DNA from: Eledone cirrhosa
Taxonomy: Eukaryota
Assembly (NCBI GenBank): GCA_964016885.1
Contig: OZ024741.1
Span: 33,108,001 to 33,172,000, forward strand
Direction of reading: 5' to 3'
Length of the DNA: 64,000 nucleotides
Position numbers and translations under genes: made by a program. The notes beneath the pieces are model-generated. The model did no database searches, was not told the DNA's origin, and was given only the letters and a program-made list of their open reading frames with translations. Position 1 is the stretch's first letter. Each line of letters starts with the position of its first letter. Below, one piece after another: positions 15,030-28,328 of the stretch.

Positions 15030-15030
<1 letters not shown>
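14896..15030. mobile_element. Small foldback with core-truncated hammerhead, in (TA)n
   Basis: AAGTTTTAATATAGATGAGATTCTACA / TGTAGAATCTCATCTATATTAAAACTT; minus strand reads TTCTACA-TGA-TTTCTAAAGAAT-GAAACAGTTCTAGTC-CTGTAGAA; same family as 18455-18580. Confidence 0.7.
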
Positions 15031-15126
<96 letters not shown>

Positions 15127-15559
15127 CATACGTAGACACACGCATCAGAAATACATATGCACAGATACATATACACAATTCATACATTAATATATATATA
15201 TGCAAACGTGGAAGATGGACGTTAAACGATGATGATGATGATGATGATGATATATATGCAGACACACAAACACACTCACATACATATATACACAGACATA
15301 CATGCACACAGACATCATAAGTATATATACACACATACATACACACAATTCATACATATATATACGCAGACATACACACACATCATACATATATATATAT
15401 ACATATGCATATACACACACATACACACACTACATACATATATATATATATCTGTGTGTGTGTATATGTATGTGAGTGTGTGCGTTCGTGTATGTCTGTA
15501 TGCGTTTTGATTCACACATCAATATCTATTACATACATATATTCACTCAGAATCATGCA

Positions 15560-15609
<50 letters not shown>

Positions 15610-15614
<5 letters not shown>

Positions 15615-16058
15615 CTTCATCAGTGATCTTCCAAACGTCATTGGTATTTCATCGCTTTAAAAATCATATACCTCTGGTTGGTGCGAAAAATAACTAAATA
15701 AAGTTATTGGGACAAGTAAATTATCGTGAAGCGAGCGAGACATGTAAACAAACAAAGATGGTATTGCAACGGAAAGAATCCTTTACTCGCTCACATCTCA
15801 CCCATCTCGTCCATGACTTCACCAAGCTTAAGCTTATAGATATTTTTCCGTTGCAATACCATCTTTGTTTGTTTACATGTCTCGCTCGCTTCACGCTAAT
15901 TTATTTGTCCCAATAACTTTATTTAGTTATTGCTCGCACCAACCAGAAGTATATGATTTTTAAAGCAATGAAATACCAATGAAGGTTGGAAGATGACTGA
16001 TGAAGGACTAATTTTATTCATATGTAACCCATGTGCAACCACGCAGCACTCCATTTTT

Positions 16059-16060
<2 letters not shown>
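15610..16060. mobile_element. Foldback insert (arms ~170 bp) plus short tail, in (TA)n
   Basis: TAGTCCTTCATCAGT...GGTATTGCAACGGAAA is inverted at TTTCCGTTGCAATACC...ACTGATGAAGGACTA. Confidence 0.8.
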
Positions 16061-16108
<48 letters not shown>

Positions 16109-16436
16109 TATGTGTGTCTACACATGTATGCGTACATATGTGTATGCATGCATGTGTCTGTGCCTGCCCGTGTGTGTGTATATGTGTGTATTTGTGTGTA
16201 TGTGTGCGTACATACTCTGAAGTGTGAACAGACGTGTGAGATACCGAACCAAGCATGACTCCATTGAAGTGTGTCGGACTGAAAATGGCTGATGACCCGT
16301 GTAGCAGTAAATAGTGACCAGAACTTAAGATGACGTAGAATAACAACAGCCATTGGCATAACAAGAGTGGAAGATGTTTTTTGGTGTTTTTTTACGATAA
16401 CATCCCAGTGAGAAAATTTGCTCCGAACGAACTTCT

Positions 16437-16527
16437 CGTGTCCGAAGGAACCTGAAGCCGTAGAATCAGCCAGATCCATGCAGTGATCATGTCTCGAGCT
16501 ACCTGCCGGCGAAACAATTGTAACACG
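16437..16527 (+). ncRNA. Hammerhead-like motif with variant core
   Basis: Stem I CGTGT/ACACG; CCGAAGG instead of CTGANGA; ...GCCGGC-GAAA-CAATTG-TA. Confidence 0.45.
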
Positions 16528-16659
16528 CAATAAACTGAGTACAGATGCATCACTGATTTTTCGTTTTTTAATACAATCTACACTCTGCTCTGTATGAATA
16601 TTGAGTGCTAATTTTGGCATACCGCCTATGGAAGCACCATAGCTACCATTATACACAAG

Positions 16660-16691
<32 letters not shown>

Positions 16692-16748
16692 AAAAGTAGC
16701 GAAGCAAGCGGTTATTAAACAATTCTCTAAATAATCACCTGTTCCATT

Positions 16749-16829
16749 GCTGTTAACGACGGTTTCATCATTCCAAAAGATTGGAAATCCAGAGAATTTC
16801 CAATGGAAAGAAATGAATCTTCAGACAGC
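16749..16829 (-). ncRNA. Type I hammerhead motif with long stem II
   Basis: Reverse complement: GCTGT-CTGAAGA-TTCATT...AATGAT-GAAA-CCGTCGT-TA-ACAGC. Confidence 0.75.
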
Positions 16830-16997
16830 CTATTTCCACACCATAAGGTTGCAAGCCCCATAGTAATTAAATATTATGCTTCCTGCCCAACGCATGCGGT
16901 CAATCCGTTAAAATGACACACACGCAAAATCAGGTCGCTGATAATAGCTGTATATTATAAACATGTTGATATTGCAACTTTTCTCCTTATGAAATAG

Positions 16998-17122
16998 GCT
17001 GTCTGAAGATTCATTATTTTCTGTCTGAAGATTCACTATTTTCTGTCTGAAGATTCATTATTTTCCATTGGAAATTCTCTGGATTTCCAATCTTTTGGAA
17101 TGATTAAACCGTCGGTAACAGC
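16998..17122 (+). ncRNA. Type I hammerhead motif with triplicated core and GAAA>TAAA change
   Basis: 22-bp CTGTCTGAAGATTCA(T/C)TATTTT x3, then AATGAT-TAAA-CCGTCGG-TA-ACAGC. Confidence 0.6.
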
Positions 17123-17308
17123 AATGGAACAGGTGATTATTTAAATCATTTTTTAATTTATTTAGAGAATTGTTTAATAACCGCTTGCTTCGCTACTTTT
17201 TATATTGTTCTGGCATCTCGAATTAGTACCATTGAACCACAAGTATTATAAACAACTTGAATATTTCCACAAGTACATTGTACCTGTCGAGGTATTGATC
17301 CACTTTAA

Positions 17309-17472
<164 letters not shown>

Positions 17473-17544
17473 AATATATATATAGATTATATATGTATAC
17501 ATGCAAATATATATACATACGTATATAGGTCACACATACAAGCA

Positions 17545-17578
<34 letters not shown>

Positions 17579-18086
17579 CATACATACACACCAACATACA
17601 TACATAAGTACATAAGTACGTGCGTACATGCATGCATGCATATACACACAAACATACATACACACATACATATGTGTGTGTGTGTGTATGTGTCTGTGTG
17701 TATATATGTGTTTGTGTGTGCAGCGAGCGAGAAAAGGAGCAGTTAATCGAAAATCCCCAACTTCCATCATCTCACGATCCTCCATCTAAACACCAAATAA
17801 CGCCAAAATATGTTAGCTATATGCCTTATATTTGCCTCAAAGGGAAAATCACTTAATCCTTCATAATTAATCAAGTCATCTGTTTTATATATAGTGGGAA
17901 TGACTTTAAGGTCCGGGGGAGGAGGGTAAGGTCGTGGAGGAAAGGTTATTAAGTACAGCTGACCTATATATACCTATGTACGTGTATACCAATAAATCTG
18001 GGTATTTTCTTGTATGTGCATACTCAAGCATGCGTGTTATAGTTGTAAATATGTGTGTCTGTGTATGCGAGTATGTGTGTATATTG

Positions 18087-18133
<47 letters not shown>

Positions 18134-18155
18134 TATATATATATGTATATATATG

Positions 18156-18252
<97 letters not shown>

Positions 18253-18253
<1 letters not shown>

Positions 18254-18580
18254 GCGAGAATCGCATTTCGGCGAGTAGTAATTAGCGAAACGCAACTTCC
18301 GATTTATGTTGGCAAGCGGTCTATGGACCCGAAAAGACGAGAGCAATAAACATAAGTTTAAAGGCCATACAAACTGAGACGATGGTTAAGAGGCCATTAA
18401 CCACCTAGGCCGGGTTCAATCACAGTAAGTAAGGTACTCAAAACATAGCAGAGTATAAATATTTAATATAGAAATGGAAATGGCTTCTACAGGACTAGAA
18501 CTGTTTCATTCGGGAGAAATCATGATTTCTCCCGAATGAAACAGTTCTATTCCTGTAGAACCCATTTCTATATTAAATAT
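18253..18580 (-). mobile_element. Tail plus foldback centred in the hammerhead core, in (TA)n
   Basis: Palindrome 18459-18580 centred at AAATCA|TGATTT; arms read ATGA-TTTCTCCCGAAT-GAAACAGTTCTA(G/T)TC-CTGTAGAA. Confidence 0.75.
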
Positions 18581-18590
18581 ATATATTATG

Positions 18591-18708
<118 letters not shown>

Positions 18709-18869
18709 AGGCGGTTTTATTCGTACATCTTCATGTTATTGTCTATTTCAATTTACGTATTTCAAAGGTGTAAAGGTAGTTATGTTTCTGCATGGAGTAT
18801 TGCATTGTTGCTCGAGGTGCTATGATTCTGGAATTCTTCATAAGCATCCGGAAGATGGAAGATGCTTGT

Positions 18870-19341
18870 GTTTATTTGTGATGCGGAATGTCATGTTTTT
18901 AGCACGAGTAGCCTATTTTCCGCTGGGGCGGTTAAATATATGACGGTATTTGTGGCCTACAGGGAAGTATGGATACAAAAGTGCCACGAATTTCTTATCC
19001 ACGTTAGTTTTAACTTTGTGCACGAATGCTGGGGTGAATCACACAACTGCCTAAAACATGGATTTCTTCTTGCTAGGTAAGAGGTGCTGATCTGGAGAGT
19101 AAGAAAAGCCGCTGTTGCTTAAGGCTGCGTTATAGTAGGGAGCTGCACTATCAAATATAGTTTTTCTAGAAGAGAGGCTGGATACCATCTTGCTGATATT
19201 TCTTATGAGAATTTCTAAATGTGTCGAGGTCAAGGCTGCATTTATGACTCGATACGGCCAGACAATCATTATGGTATAGACCTGTAGAGAAATCAGGGAA
19301 TGTCTTACGTAACGTACCACCCGTTTAATTAATGCAAGCAC
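18870..19341 (-). pseudogene. Penelope-like element fragment (RT C-terminal/linker region), second PLE clade
   Basis: GLYHNDCL, NISKMVSSLSSRKTIFDSAAPYYNAALSNSGF, VKTNVDKKF..YFPVGHKYRHIFN; homologous to 61280-62090. Confidence 0.75.
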
Positions 19342-20682
19342 AATATTGGTGCTACCACTCAGCTAAGAACAATGGCAGACACAAGAGATGAAATTGAAGA
19401 CAAGAGTACTTCAGTGGAGCTGAAAGTCCAGAGGAGAGGCAGTACGAAGAATATAAATTTTGTAAGTTGCTCGTAAAACTAAGTTGTTAATAAATACAGT
19501 AATATAAAAAAATAATAAGGAGAGTAGCATGGCTTTTTATAGATATATGACAAAACATAAAATATAGTAGTAGTTCAGTATTGAAGATTTTTAGATGTGA
19601 TTTTATTCTGTCATCTACAAACAAATCATAATCAATGGAGATGATTTGCTGGAAAGTATTTTTCACTACATATATGAAACCTTCAAGATTAGAAGAGAAC
19701 TTCAAAAAGAATTCATGCTGACAAGTCAATTAAAGATTGACTTTATTATAAAATCGTTCTAGACTCATGTTTTAAATGGCTGACGTTGTCAGCTATGTTT
19801 TCACCTGCACTAAAGCAAACAAATAATGGGTTGGGTACTGCTTACCAAAATCCATTACTGATCCCAAACGTCTCATACACTTGGTTAATAATTTAACCTC
19901 CAAACTGTTACTGAAGTTCTCCATACCACAGACCTACCAACCTCTGAAAACCCAAACGGAGAGTATCATGCAAAAAAGTGTCACGAAACGGGGAGAAATG
20001 AGGCAAAATGGTGAGATTTCATAAAATGAAAGCTATACTCATTTTCACAAGTGAAGACATCTCTCATCCACCCTAAAGTGGGTGGGAGATTTCCCCGTCG
20101 GACGGAGAGGGTTGACAGGTATGAAAATGTCTTATGCTCTTGGTTAATAATTTAACCTCCAAACTGTTACTGGGGTTCTCCGCACAATATAGAACGGGTT
20201 ATTAACTGACATAATCATTAAAATCCCGATGAATTGATAAGAAAAAATATTTCTATCATATGCCAAGTAAGCTTCGTCAGCAATGTTGGTGTAATCACTG
20301 CCTCCGTCTCTCTCACTCTCCCCATCTGTCACTATTATGAGCAAATGGGGGCCCAGGCGTTGGCCACCCCACGGCCCCGGTGGACAGAATAGAGAAATCG
20401 TTTCATGGATGTGGAAGGCACCTTAGATTTATTTTTTAGGACTGCTAAATTTCCGTTACATGCGGATTAATCAAATCTACGAAGGAATGAAACTTTATTC
20501 CTAGCTTATGTTCGCTTCATAAAAGAAAGGAAATATCTAAAGAGTAAATATTTGCGAGACATTTCGAAATATATTCTAAGGGAGAGTCGGTATTTCATGT
20601 TGACGAAGAGACGTGTTGAGGGAACAAAGGCAATTAGAAATTAAAAATTAAAGCTCAAATTTAAGAAGTACCATCATTTCTG

Positions 20683-21052
20683 GTTACAGCACTAAAACTG
20701 ATATTTTTATCTTGTTTTGAGCCCTTATGAAAACGTTACAGCACCAAAACTGAAAACTGATATTTTTCTCCGGTTTTGAGCCCCTGTGAAAACTTTACAG
20801 CACCAAAACTGATATTTTTATCCAGGTTTGAGCTCTTGTAAAAACGTTACATCACCAAAACTGATATTTTTATCCAGGTTTGAACCCTTGTGAGAACGTT
20901 ACAGCACCAAAACTGATATTTTAATCCAGTTTGAACCCTTGTGAAAACGTTACAGCACCAAAACTGATATTTTAATCCAGTTTGAACCCTTGTGAAAACG
21001 TTACAGCACCAAAACTGATATTTTTATCCAGTTTTGAGCCCTTGTGGAAACG
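20683..21052. repeat. ~52-bp minisatellite, about 7 copies
   Basis: Unit TTACAGCACCAAAACTGATATTTTTATCCAGTTTTGAGCCCTTGTGAAAACG. Confidence 0.92.
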
Positions 21053-21708
21053 TTTGTAGGAGGAGTATTTAGTGCGGTTACAGATATTTTAACAAAACCG
21101 TGTGATCACTCCATTACAAATATACATTTTGTTAGCACCCTCAGACGGGTTCTCTCGCTTATACGTTCAAACAATATCTCATTGTGTGAGTAATGTGAGC
21201 AATCGGAATTATAGCGAATCTATTTCCTATAACCTCACTACATAGACAAAAAATAGGTGACAATAGTCGATTTAAGGGCGCTGCTTATTAATATTGAGTC
21301 AAATGTGCAACATTTAGTCCCTTCATTTCAGGCTCAAAACACAATAATAAAACAAGAAATAATTCCAATTTAATTTTCAATATATCGCTTTTGAACGGGT
21401 TTACGGAGAGGTGGAGTCTTTCTGATAAATTTTATTCTCTAAAATCGAGTAGGATTCCTAAAATATATGACAAATACTGTTGTACATGAACGCTAATGGC
21501 AATCATAACAGATATACCTTACACATTTTTACGTTTGAAATTATTTGCTGTTGGTTGTATGTATTTCAGCTTCGTATTAAAAGAACTATTAACTAGAGAT
21601 CTAATATTGTTTGGGCCAGCAATGCACAATTCTTCTTTATCAGATATATATGTCTGGCAATATAAAGTGATTTGTGGTCGTAGACTGATGGTTGCAACCT
21701 ATATTATG

Positions 21709-21822
<114 letters not shown>

Positions 21823-21942
21823 GAGGTGAGTTTTATTGTAGCACAATAAAGCAATGCAAATATAGGATAAGTAGCACTCAACAGTTTATAGGACTGGAGT
21901 ATAAATAATATAAAATCAAAAGATGGTTAAAAGAGTTCCATG

Positions 21943-22013
21943 TATTTTATTATGCGCATTTCAAAAACAAATATCATCGTGGGATGATATTTGCATTCTC
22001 ATCAGATAAAATA
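21943..22013 (-). ncRNA. Type I hammerhead ribozyme
   Basis: Mirror of 22429-22499; CTGATGA and GAAA intact. Confidence 0.85.
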
Positions 22014-22428
22014 GGGAGACATGATATGAAGCTTAAAAAACACTTGCGAGCAGTGAAGTGTTAAATCAACATATGAAAAATAAAATAAGATGGATATATG
22101 AGATTGGGAAAAAAGGAAAGGAAGGGGGGAAGGAAAAGTATTATCTTACAACGGTTTTTTTTAATTTCTCTCTGTGAGACAGTGTTTCTCAGTATTAAAG
22201 GTTATCTCTCTCTCTCACTCATTTTCTCCTCCTCTCTCACCCTTCCTTCTTATACTCCTCTTCCGTCATTTTCTTATTACATTCTTTCTTCCTCTTCCTT
22301 ACCTTTTCCTTCCCCCCTTCCTTTTCTTTTTTTCCCAATCTCATATATCCATCTTATTTTATTTTTCATATGTTGATTTAACACTTCACTGCTCGCAAGT
22401 GTCTTTTAAGCTTCATATCAGATCTCCC

Positions 22429-22499
22429 TATTTTATCTGATGAGAACGCAAATATCATCCCACCATGATATTTGTTTTTGAAATGCGCATAATAAAATA
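22429..22499 (+). ncRNA. Type I hammerhead ribozyme
   Basis: Stem I TATTTTAT/ATAAAATA (8 bp); CTGATGA; stem II GAACGCAAATATCAT/ATGATATTTGTTTTT; GAAA; palindromic TGCGCA; AUA site. Confidence 0.88.
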
Positions 22500-22843
22500 C
22501 ATAGAACTCTTTTAACCATCTTTTGATTTTATATTATTTATATATATATATGATATTTTAACGCATCACAACATATTTTTACAGCGGATATGACAATTTA
22601 AATTTGAATATCATATGGCTTTCTTTCATGGTTCCGAGCTTTTTAATTTGAAATCTTCAAGATTAAATGTTTTCTAAATTAACACACAATTCATTCGGCA
22701 GTTTAGATTTGAATAGTCATAATTAGTATAGAAACTACGTATTGTGTTTTTTTTATTTCACTTTTTATACCTCCCTAAACACTTCAAACCAAACTCAAAG
22801 AAGCTTAAGTAGCAATCAACAATGGGAATGTTCATATATGTGC

Positions 22844-22925
<82 letters not shown>

Positions 22926-23042
22926 CTATCTTTGTGTTTCACCTTCCGTATTAAAGTTTTATATTATAAAATTAGTCAGCATTTAATTTGTAACAGTGCT
23001 GTTCATATCTATTAACTTTTCAAAGTCTTCTAAATGAAATAA

Positions 23043-23220
23043 TTGTTTCTACTTTTGGCACAAGGCCAGCAATTACCCAGTGTATTATGGTACTTTATTT
23101 TATCGATCCTGTAAGGATGAAAGGCAAAGTTAACCTCGGCGGGATTTGAACTCAGACCATAAAGGGCCGTAACTCTTTGCTGCATGGCGTCCGGCACTCT
23201 ACCGATACTGCCAATCCACC
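23043..23220 (-). mobile_element. SINE family A (tRNA head + Deu/Nin-like body)
   Basis: Reverse complement has A-box TGGCAGTATCGG, B-box GAGTTCAAATCCC, then AACTTTGCCTTTCATCCTTAC.GG.TCGATAAAATAAAGTACC. Confidence 0.85.
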
Positions 23221-23468
23221 GAAATAATGATAGCGGTGCATTAGTGATGTGTTTTAGTTCTCAGACAGAGACCGTGGGTTGGTGTTGGAACTGTTACTAT
23301 CATCAGCTGCGGATTGAAGACACTCGCTCTTATACAAAATTCCAGTCACGACACATTGGTCAGTCAGAGATTATAGTCAGATACACTTACCCAAAGTGGC
23401 ATTCATCGAGATTGAACCAGAAACCATGAGGTTGGGAAATGAACGCCTTAACCACACAACTATGTCTG

Positions 23469-23500
<32 letters not shown>

Positions 23501-23711
23501 CAAATTTAAGTCCAAAGAATCATTAGATAAAATATATACAGTATTTCCTCTCCCAATCAGCATAAATCAACCACATATAAAAATCATAAACAATATATAT
23601 ATATATATATAATTATTTGTTCAATCTCGGTGAATGTCACTTTGGGTAAGTGTATCTGATTATAATCTCTGACTAACCAATGTGTCGTGACTGGAATACA
23701 CACACACACAT

Positions 23712-23779
<68 letters not shown>

Positions 23780-23989
23780 CATATATATATAATTATATAT
23801 ATATATATTTCGTTCTGAATTTGTTTAGCAAGATTCTTTATCTGAAATCGTGTGTTGAAACCGATATTGTTATACTTTGGGAGGGTCATGTTGCCAATAA
23901 GAAACACACGCACCAGTTGCTTTCACTTCAATTTATTATAATAAATTTATAATAAATTTATAAATTTATAAATTTCTGGTTGGTTGGTT

Positions 23990-26900
23990 GGAGAGAGAAA
24001 CTAATATTTATAAGCCTTATACGTCCTGAAGAACAGTACATTACTCAAGAATGTGATAAGCACTTTAACAAGAAACTAAAGTGGCTTAAGCAGATAAAGC
24101 TAAATCAGGATACTATAGAGAATACCAATAGATATCCCGACAAAATTGACGGTATAAATATGGCCGACACCTCATTAAGAGATGAGTTCAACAACAACAA
24201 CAACACAAATATATACGGCAACACAATAATAGATAACGATGAGTTATCTGTATTATGTCTACCCCCAAAATTTGCGACATTCAAGAAGGTAAATATGATT
24301 AGTTGTCTGTCAGAAATAGAAAAATCATTTACAAAACTACGCTGGAGCCTCAAAAACAAAAACAAAAACAAAAACAAAAACAAAAGTAACAATATACGCA
24401 CACACATATACAACACACATCCCAACAACAACAGACACACAGACACAAACAACAATAACAAAAACACACACACCAACAACAACAACAAAAATAATAACAT
24501 ACCCAGAAACAACAACAACAGACACGCAGACACAAACAACAATAACAACACACACAACAATACTAACACACACGGAGACAACAACAACACACATCAACAA
24601 CAGCACACATCAACAACAACAACACACACACATTCAATGCCTCTCACCACCACCACAGTCTTAACAAACACACAGACACAGAAAACAAGTAATGACAGTA
24701 GGACAGAAATCACAGAAATAAGGGAAAGTAATAGGATTAAAAGGAGAAGGGAGACTAAGGACAAAGAAAATAACCAAGACGAACACACAGACTCATAAAA
24801 TAGGGTAGATAACAACAATGAGCCAGTGGAAAGAGACAGGAGTAATTATGAGAGACATAGAAACAACCATGAGGCTGTTGGTGGAAATAGAAATAGAAAC
24901 AACACAACTAACAATAACAATAGCACTAGTACACATAAAGCAGCAGCCTGGAACTCTACGTTTTATAATCCCTCCGATAAATCGTTCGACCTGCGACGAG
25001 TCCACTACACGACTTTACCATTCAACAAACGCACGCAATTGCCGTCGTAGGTCGATGAACAAACAGAAGCACAATTTAGTATAGCTAGATCCGAACTTAG
25101 AAATATTATAGAACAGTATAGCAAGAAGCATAATAGAATGGAGGTCCAGCAACTGGGAGAAAAATCTGCAAATGGCTTGCGTAAGCTCATGCAGCGCTCG
25201 CGTAATGGAGAGATAGCATGCTTTCCAACAGACAAGTCTGGCAGAATGTCGGTTGACAGCCTGCCAAACTACATCCAGGCAATGCAACCCCACATCACTA
25301 ACATAAGAGAGGTAACACCACAGGAGCATGAGGATAGAGAAAAAGCCCTCAATGCCCATATGGTGATGTGGACGAATATAATGCAGCCCAACAAAAGGAC
25401 TGCCAACAACTTCCAGGCCTGGAACAATGACGTGCCGGCGTTGTATGGGCTTCGAAAAGACCATAAAACGGGCAGTGACCCTGTCGCGGGACCACCAACA
25501 CGGCCAGTCTGTGGAGCTAACATTGCTAGTAACTACAGACTGTCCTACTTCCTCTCCCTGATCATACGCCCCATCATTGAAATGTCCCCAGATGTATGTG
25601 ACAGCACGGAGGACCTCCTCAGCAGAATCAGCGTGAGTAACCGATCTAGGGACCTAACAAACTGCATAATAGGTAGTATGGATGTTGTGTCCCTGTATCC
25701 ATCTATTGACGTGGATTTTGCTGTGGAGAAATGCGTAGAAATGATCAGTGAGAGCAATGTTGAGTTCCGTGGGATTGATACCAGTGAGCTGGGACTCCTA
25801 CTTAAACTTACCTATAGTAATAATTACCTAGACACATATGACCTTAGCAACATGTGCCCTACAAGACCAGCAAGAGGCAGACCACCTACCATTACCTCAA
25901 TGGCCAAGAAAACCCACACAGATAGATGGAACGGGTGGACCAGAGCCATACGGACACCTGAAAACCACGATGAACTGAAGAAAATGATTGCACATGCGGT
26001 AGGGGCCAGCATAAAACTAACCCTTAAGGAACATATGTTCAAATTTAATGGAAAAACATATGCCCAAGAGGAAGGAGCAGCCATTGGTGTTAGCATTGCA
26101 GGCGACATAGCTAACTTATTCATGGTATGGTGGGACAGTAGACTTAAACTTAAAGAACAATTAGAAGACCCCTTAACCCTGATAATGTACTCCCGCTACG
26201 TTGATGATATAAACATCGTAGTTAAGACACCCCACTAGAGAACAGTCAGGAACTAGAAAAAAACACAATGGAAAGCATCCAGCAAATAGCTAACTCCATC
26301 CACCAGAGCATTAGAGTTACTATAGACTACCCAAGTAAACACCCCAACCATCGATTACCTGTACTAGACACAGAGCTCTGGCTAGATACTATTAATAATA
26401 AAAAAACAAATCCTCCATTCCCATTATGCCAAACCCATGACTTCCAAACATCTGATCCACCGAAACTCGGCCATTTCGGACCATACCAAAATCAACATAC
26501 TGATTGCGGATTTGGTACGGGTGATGAGAAACGTGTCCCGCATGTGCAACCCCGAAGAACTAGAGAGACACATACAACACTTCATCCACCGTATGCAGTT
26601 CTCTGGCTACAATCAGAGTGATAAAATCAGAGTGTATAGAGGAGCCAGAACCCAATGGGGAAAAAATGATAAATAATGACATAAATGGGACCTGCCCCTT
26701 GTATAGGAGCAAATTTTGGAATAGAATAGAAAGAACTAGGAACAAGGCTAATAGAATAAACTCATGGTATGATAGCAATAAATACCAGAGTGTAATGTTC
26801 ATCGATACAACCCCTAGAGGTGAATTAGCTTACAAATTTAGAAGGGCCCTAAATAAACATAAACTCAATATTAAGATAGTAGAAAGACCAGGTAGCTCCG

Positions 26901-27328
26901 TAAAAACACTCATGAGCAAGACATACCCTTTTCAAAGACCCTCATGTATGGATAAGAAATGTATAACCTGTAAAATAAAGCCCCATATTAACTGTAAAAC
27001 TAGAAATGTAGTGTATAGCATAAGATGTACCGAAGGACAATGTAGAGACAAAAATATAGTGTACATAGGTGAGACAGCTCGTAGTGTAGGGGAACGGATA
27101 AATGAACACTGGCGAGACCTTCAAGATAGTAAAGAATCATCTGTACTCTACCAACATGCTAAAATAGAACACAAGGGTAAATTAGAGAACATAGAAATAA
27201 AAATAGAATCTACACACAGAAAAGACGCAATGTTTAGACAAATTACAGAGGCAATAAACATAAAAGAATTACAACCAAAATTAAATAGAAAATATGAGTG
27301 GAACAGCAATATCACAACTTACAATTAA
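23990..27328 (+). pseudogene. PLE ORF: RT + C-terminal GIY-YIG endonuclease (Naiad/Neptune-like Cys linker)
   Basis: PTDKSGR, LYGLRKDHK, RPV, SMDVVSLYPSID, QEEGAAIG..MVWWD, RYVDD, LPVLD, CMDKKCITC..NCKTRNVVY..YIGETARSVGERINEH..RQITEA; in-frame TAA 24796 and TAG 25048, several frameshifts. Confidence 0.92.
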
Positions 27329-27529
27329 GGACAAAATGAAAACACACACACACATAGAACAAACAACCAACCAGTAACATGTAAATAAACAAATAAATAA
27401 ATGAACATAAACACACACAGACACCCGGATGTAGCGCATGCACAGACTGAGCACACAACACACACACAGAAACAAAATGGCGTAGGACAGAACAAAGAAG
27501 AGGCACAGAAACAAAGAAAGGAATCCCCA

Positions 27530-27572
27530 GTCAGTGAAGAGGTCACAGAGTGTGTGACGAAAGAACTATGAC
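27530..27572 (+). ncRNA. Minimal hammerhead in PLE 3' UTR (C3G change)
   Basis: GTCA-GTGAAGA-G-GTCACA..TGTGAC-GAAA-GAAC-TA-TGAC; the sister copy at 39979 has an intact core. Confidence 0.7.
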
Positions 27573-27732
27573 AATATATAAACAACTATCTGGTTGTGGA
27601 ACCAACCAACCAACCAGAAATTTATAAATTTATAAATTTATTATAAATTTATTATAAATTTATTATAATAAATTGAAGTGAAAGCAACTGGTGCGTGTGT
27701 TTCTTATTGGCAACATGACCCTCCCAAAGTAT

Positions 27733-27817
<85 letters not shown>

Positions 27818-27899
27818 CGCAGACTCTCTATCTCTCTCCCTCTCCCCTCTCTCTCTCTATCTCTTTCTCTACATATATATATATATATATGTATATATT

Positions 27900-28237
27900 G
27901 GGTGATGGGTAAAGACCTCCTTCGGTTACGAATGACCATGAGATTTTACACGTAGAAGTTCCTCTGTGAGGCACAAGTCCGGGCAAGGTTATTTGTAGAA
28001 GACGAAAAGTCGCCAATACATACCAGTCTCCCCTCTCCACGCCACCGATGTTGTCCAAGGGAAAAGCTATGGCTGATACAGCTTGGTACAAGTGATGTCG
28101 CAACTCATTTCTACAGTTAATTAAACTGGAGCAACGTGAAATAAAGTGTCTTGCTCAAGGGCACAACGCAGCATCCGATCCGAAAATTGAAATCACATCC
28201 TCCCAATTGCAAGCTCAACGCTCTAACCACTAAGCCA
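27900..28237 (-). mobile_element. SINE family B (CORE-like)
   Basis: Reverse complement begins ATGGCTTAGTGGTTAGAGCG and contains CCTTGAGCAAGACACTTTATTTCACGTTGCTCCAG. The left boundary is approximate. Confidence 0.75.
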
Positions 28238-28328
28238 TATATAGTAAACCCAACTGAGAGAATACTGAGTTGAGAAATGAGAGAATACTGTGCTGCGTGT
28301 GGATGTGATAAGTCGAATATAATGAAAC

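Larger units (their letters stand above)
23808..27740 (+). mobile_element. Penelope-like retroelement, near complete, with an inverted copy of its 3' end at the 5' side, in (TA)n
   Basis: RT + GIY-YIG coding remnant; 23808-23990 is the reverse complement of the 3' end (27600-27740 plus the extension seen at 40178-40235); HHR in the 3' UTR. Confidence 0.92.

Noticed and set aside
16284-16355. Additional hammerhead (AATGG-CTGATGA...CCATT)
   Set aside because: No GAAA..UH segment and no convincing stem II.
19879-21420. Non-autonomous DNA transposon around the 52-bp array
   Set aside because: A short direct repeat (19881/20140) and hairpins are present, but no termini or target-site duplication were found.
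23043-23220. tRNA genes
   Set aside because: A/B boxes lie in repeated SINE heads and no cloverleaf could be completed.
23990-27328. Selenocysteine-recoded PLE ORF, as reported for some Naiad elements
   Set aside because: The visible in-frame stops are TAA and TAG, plus frameshifts, not TGA.
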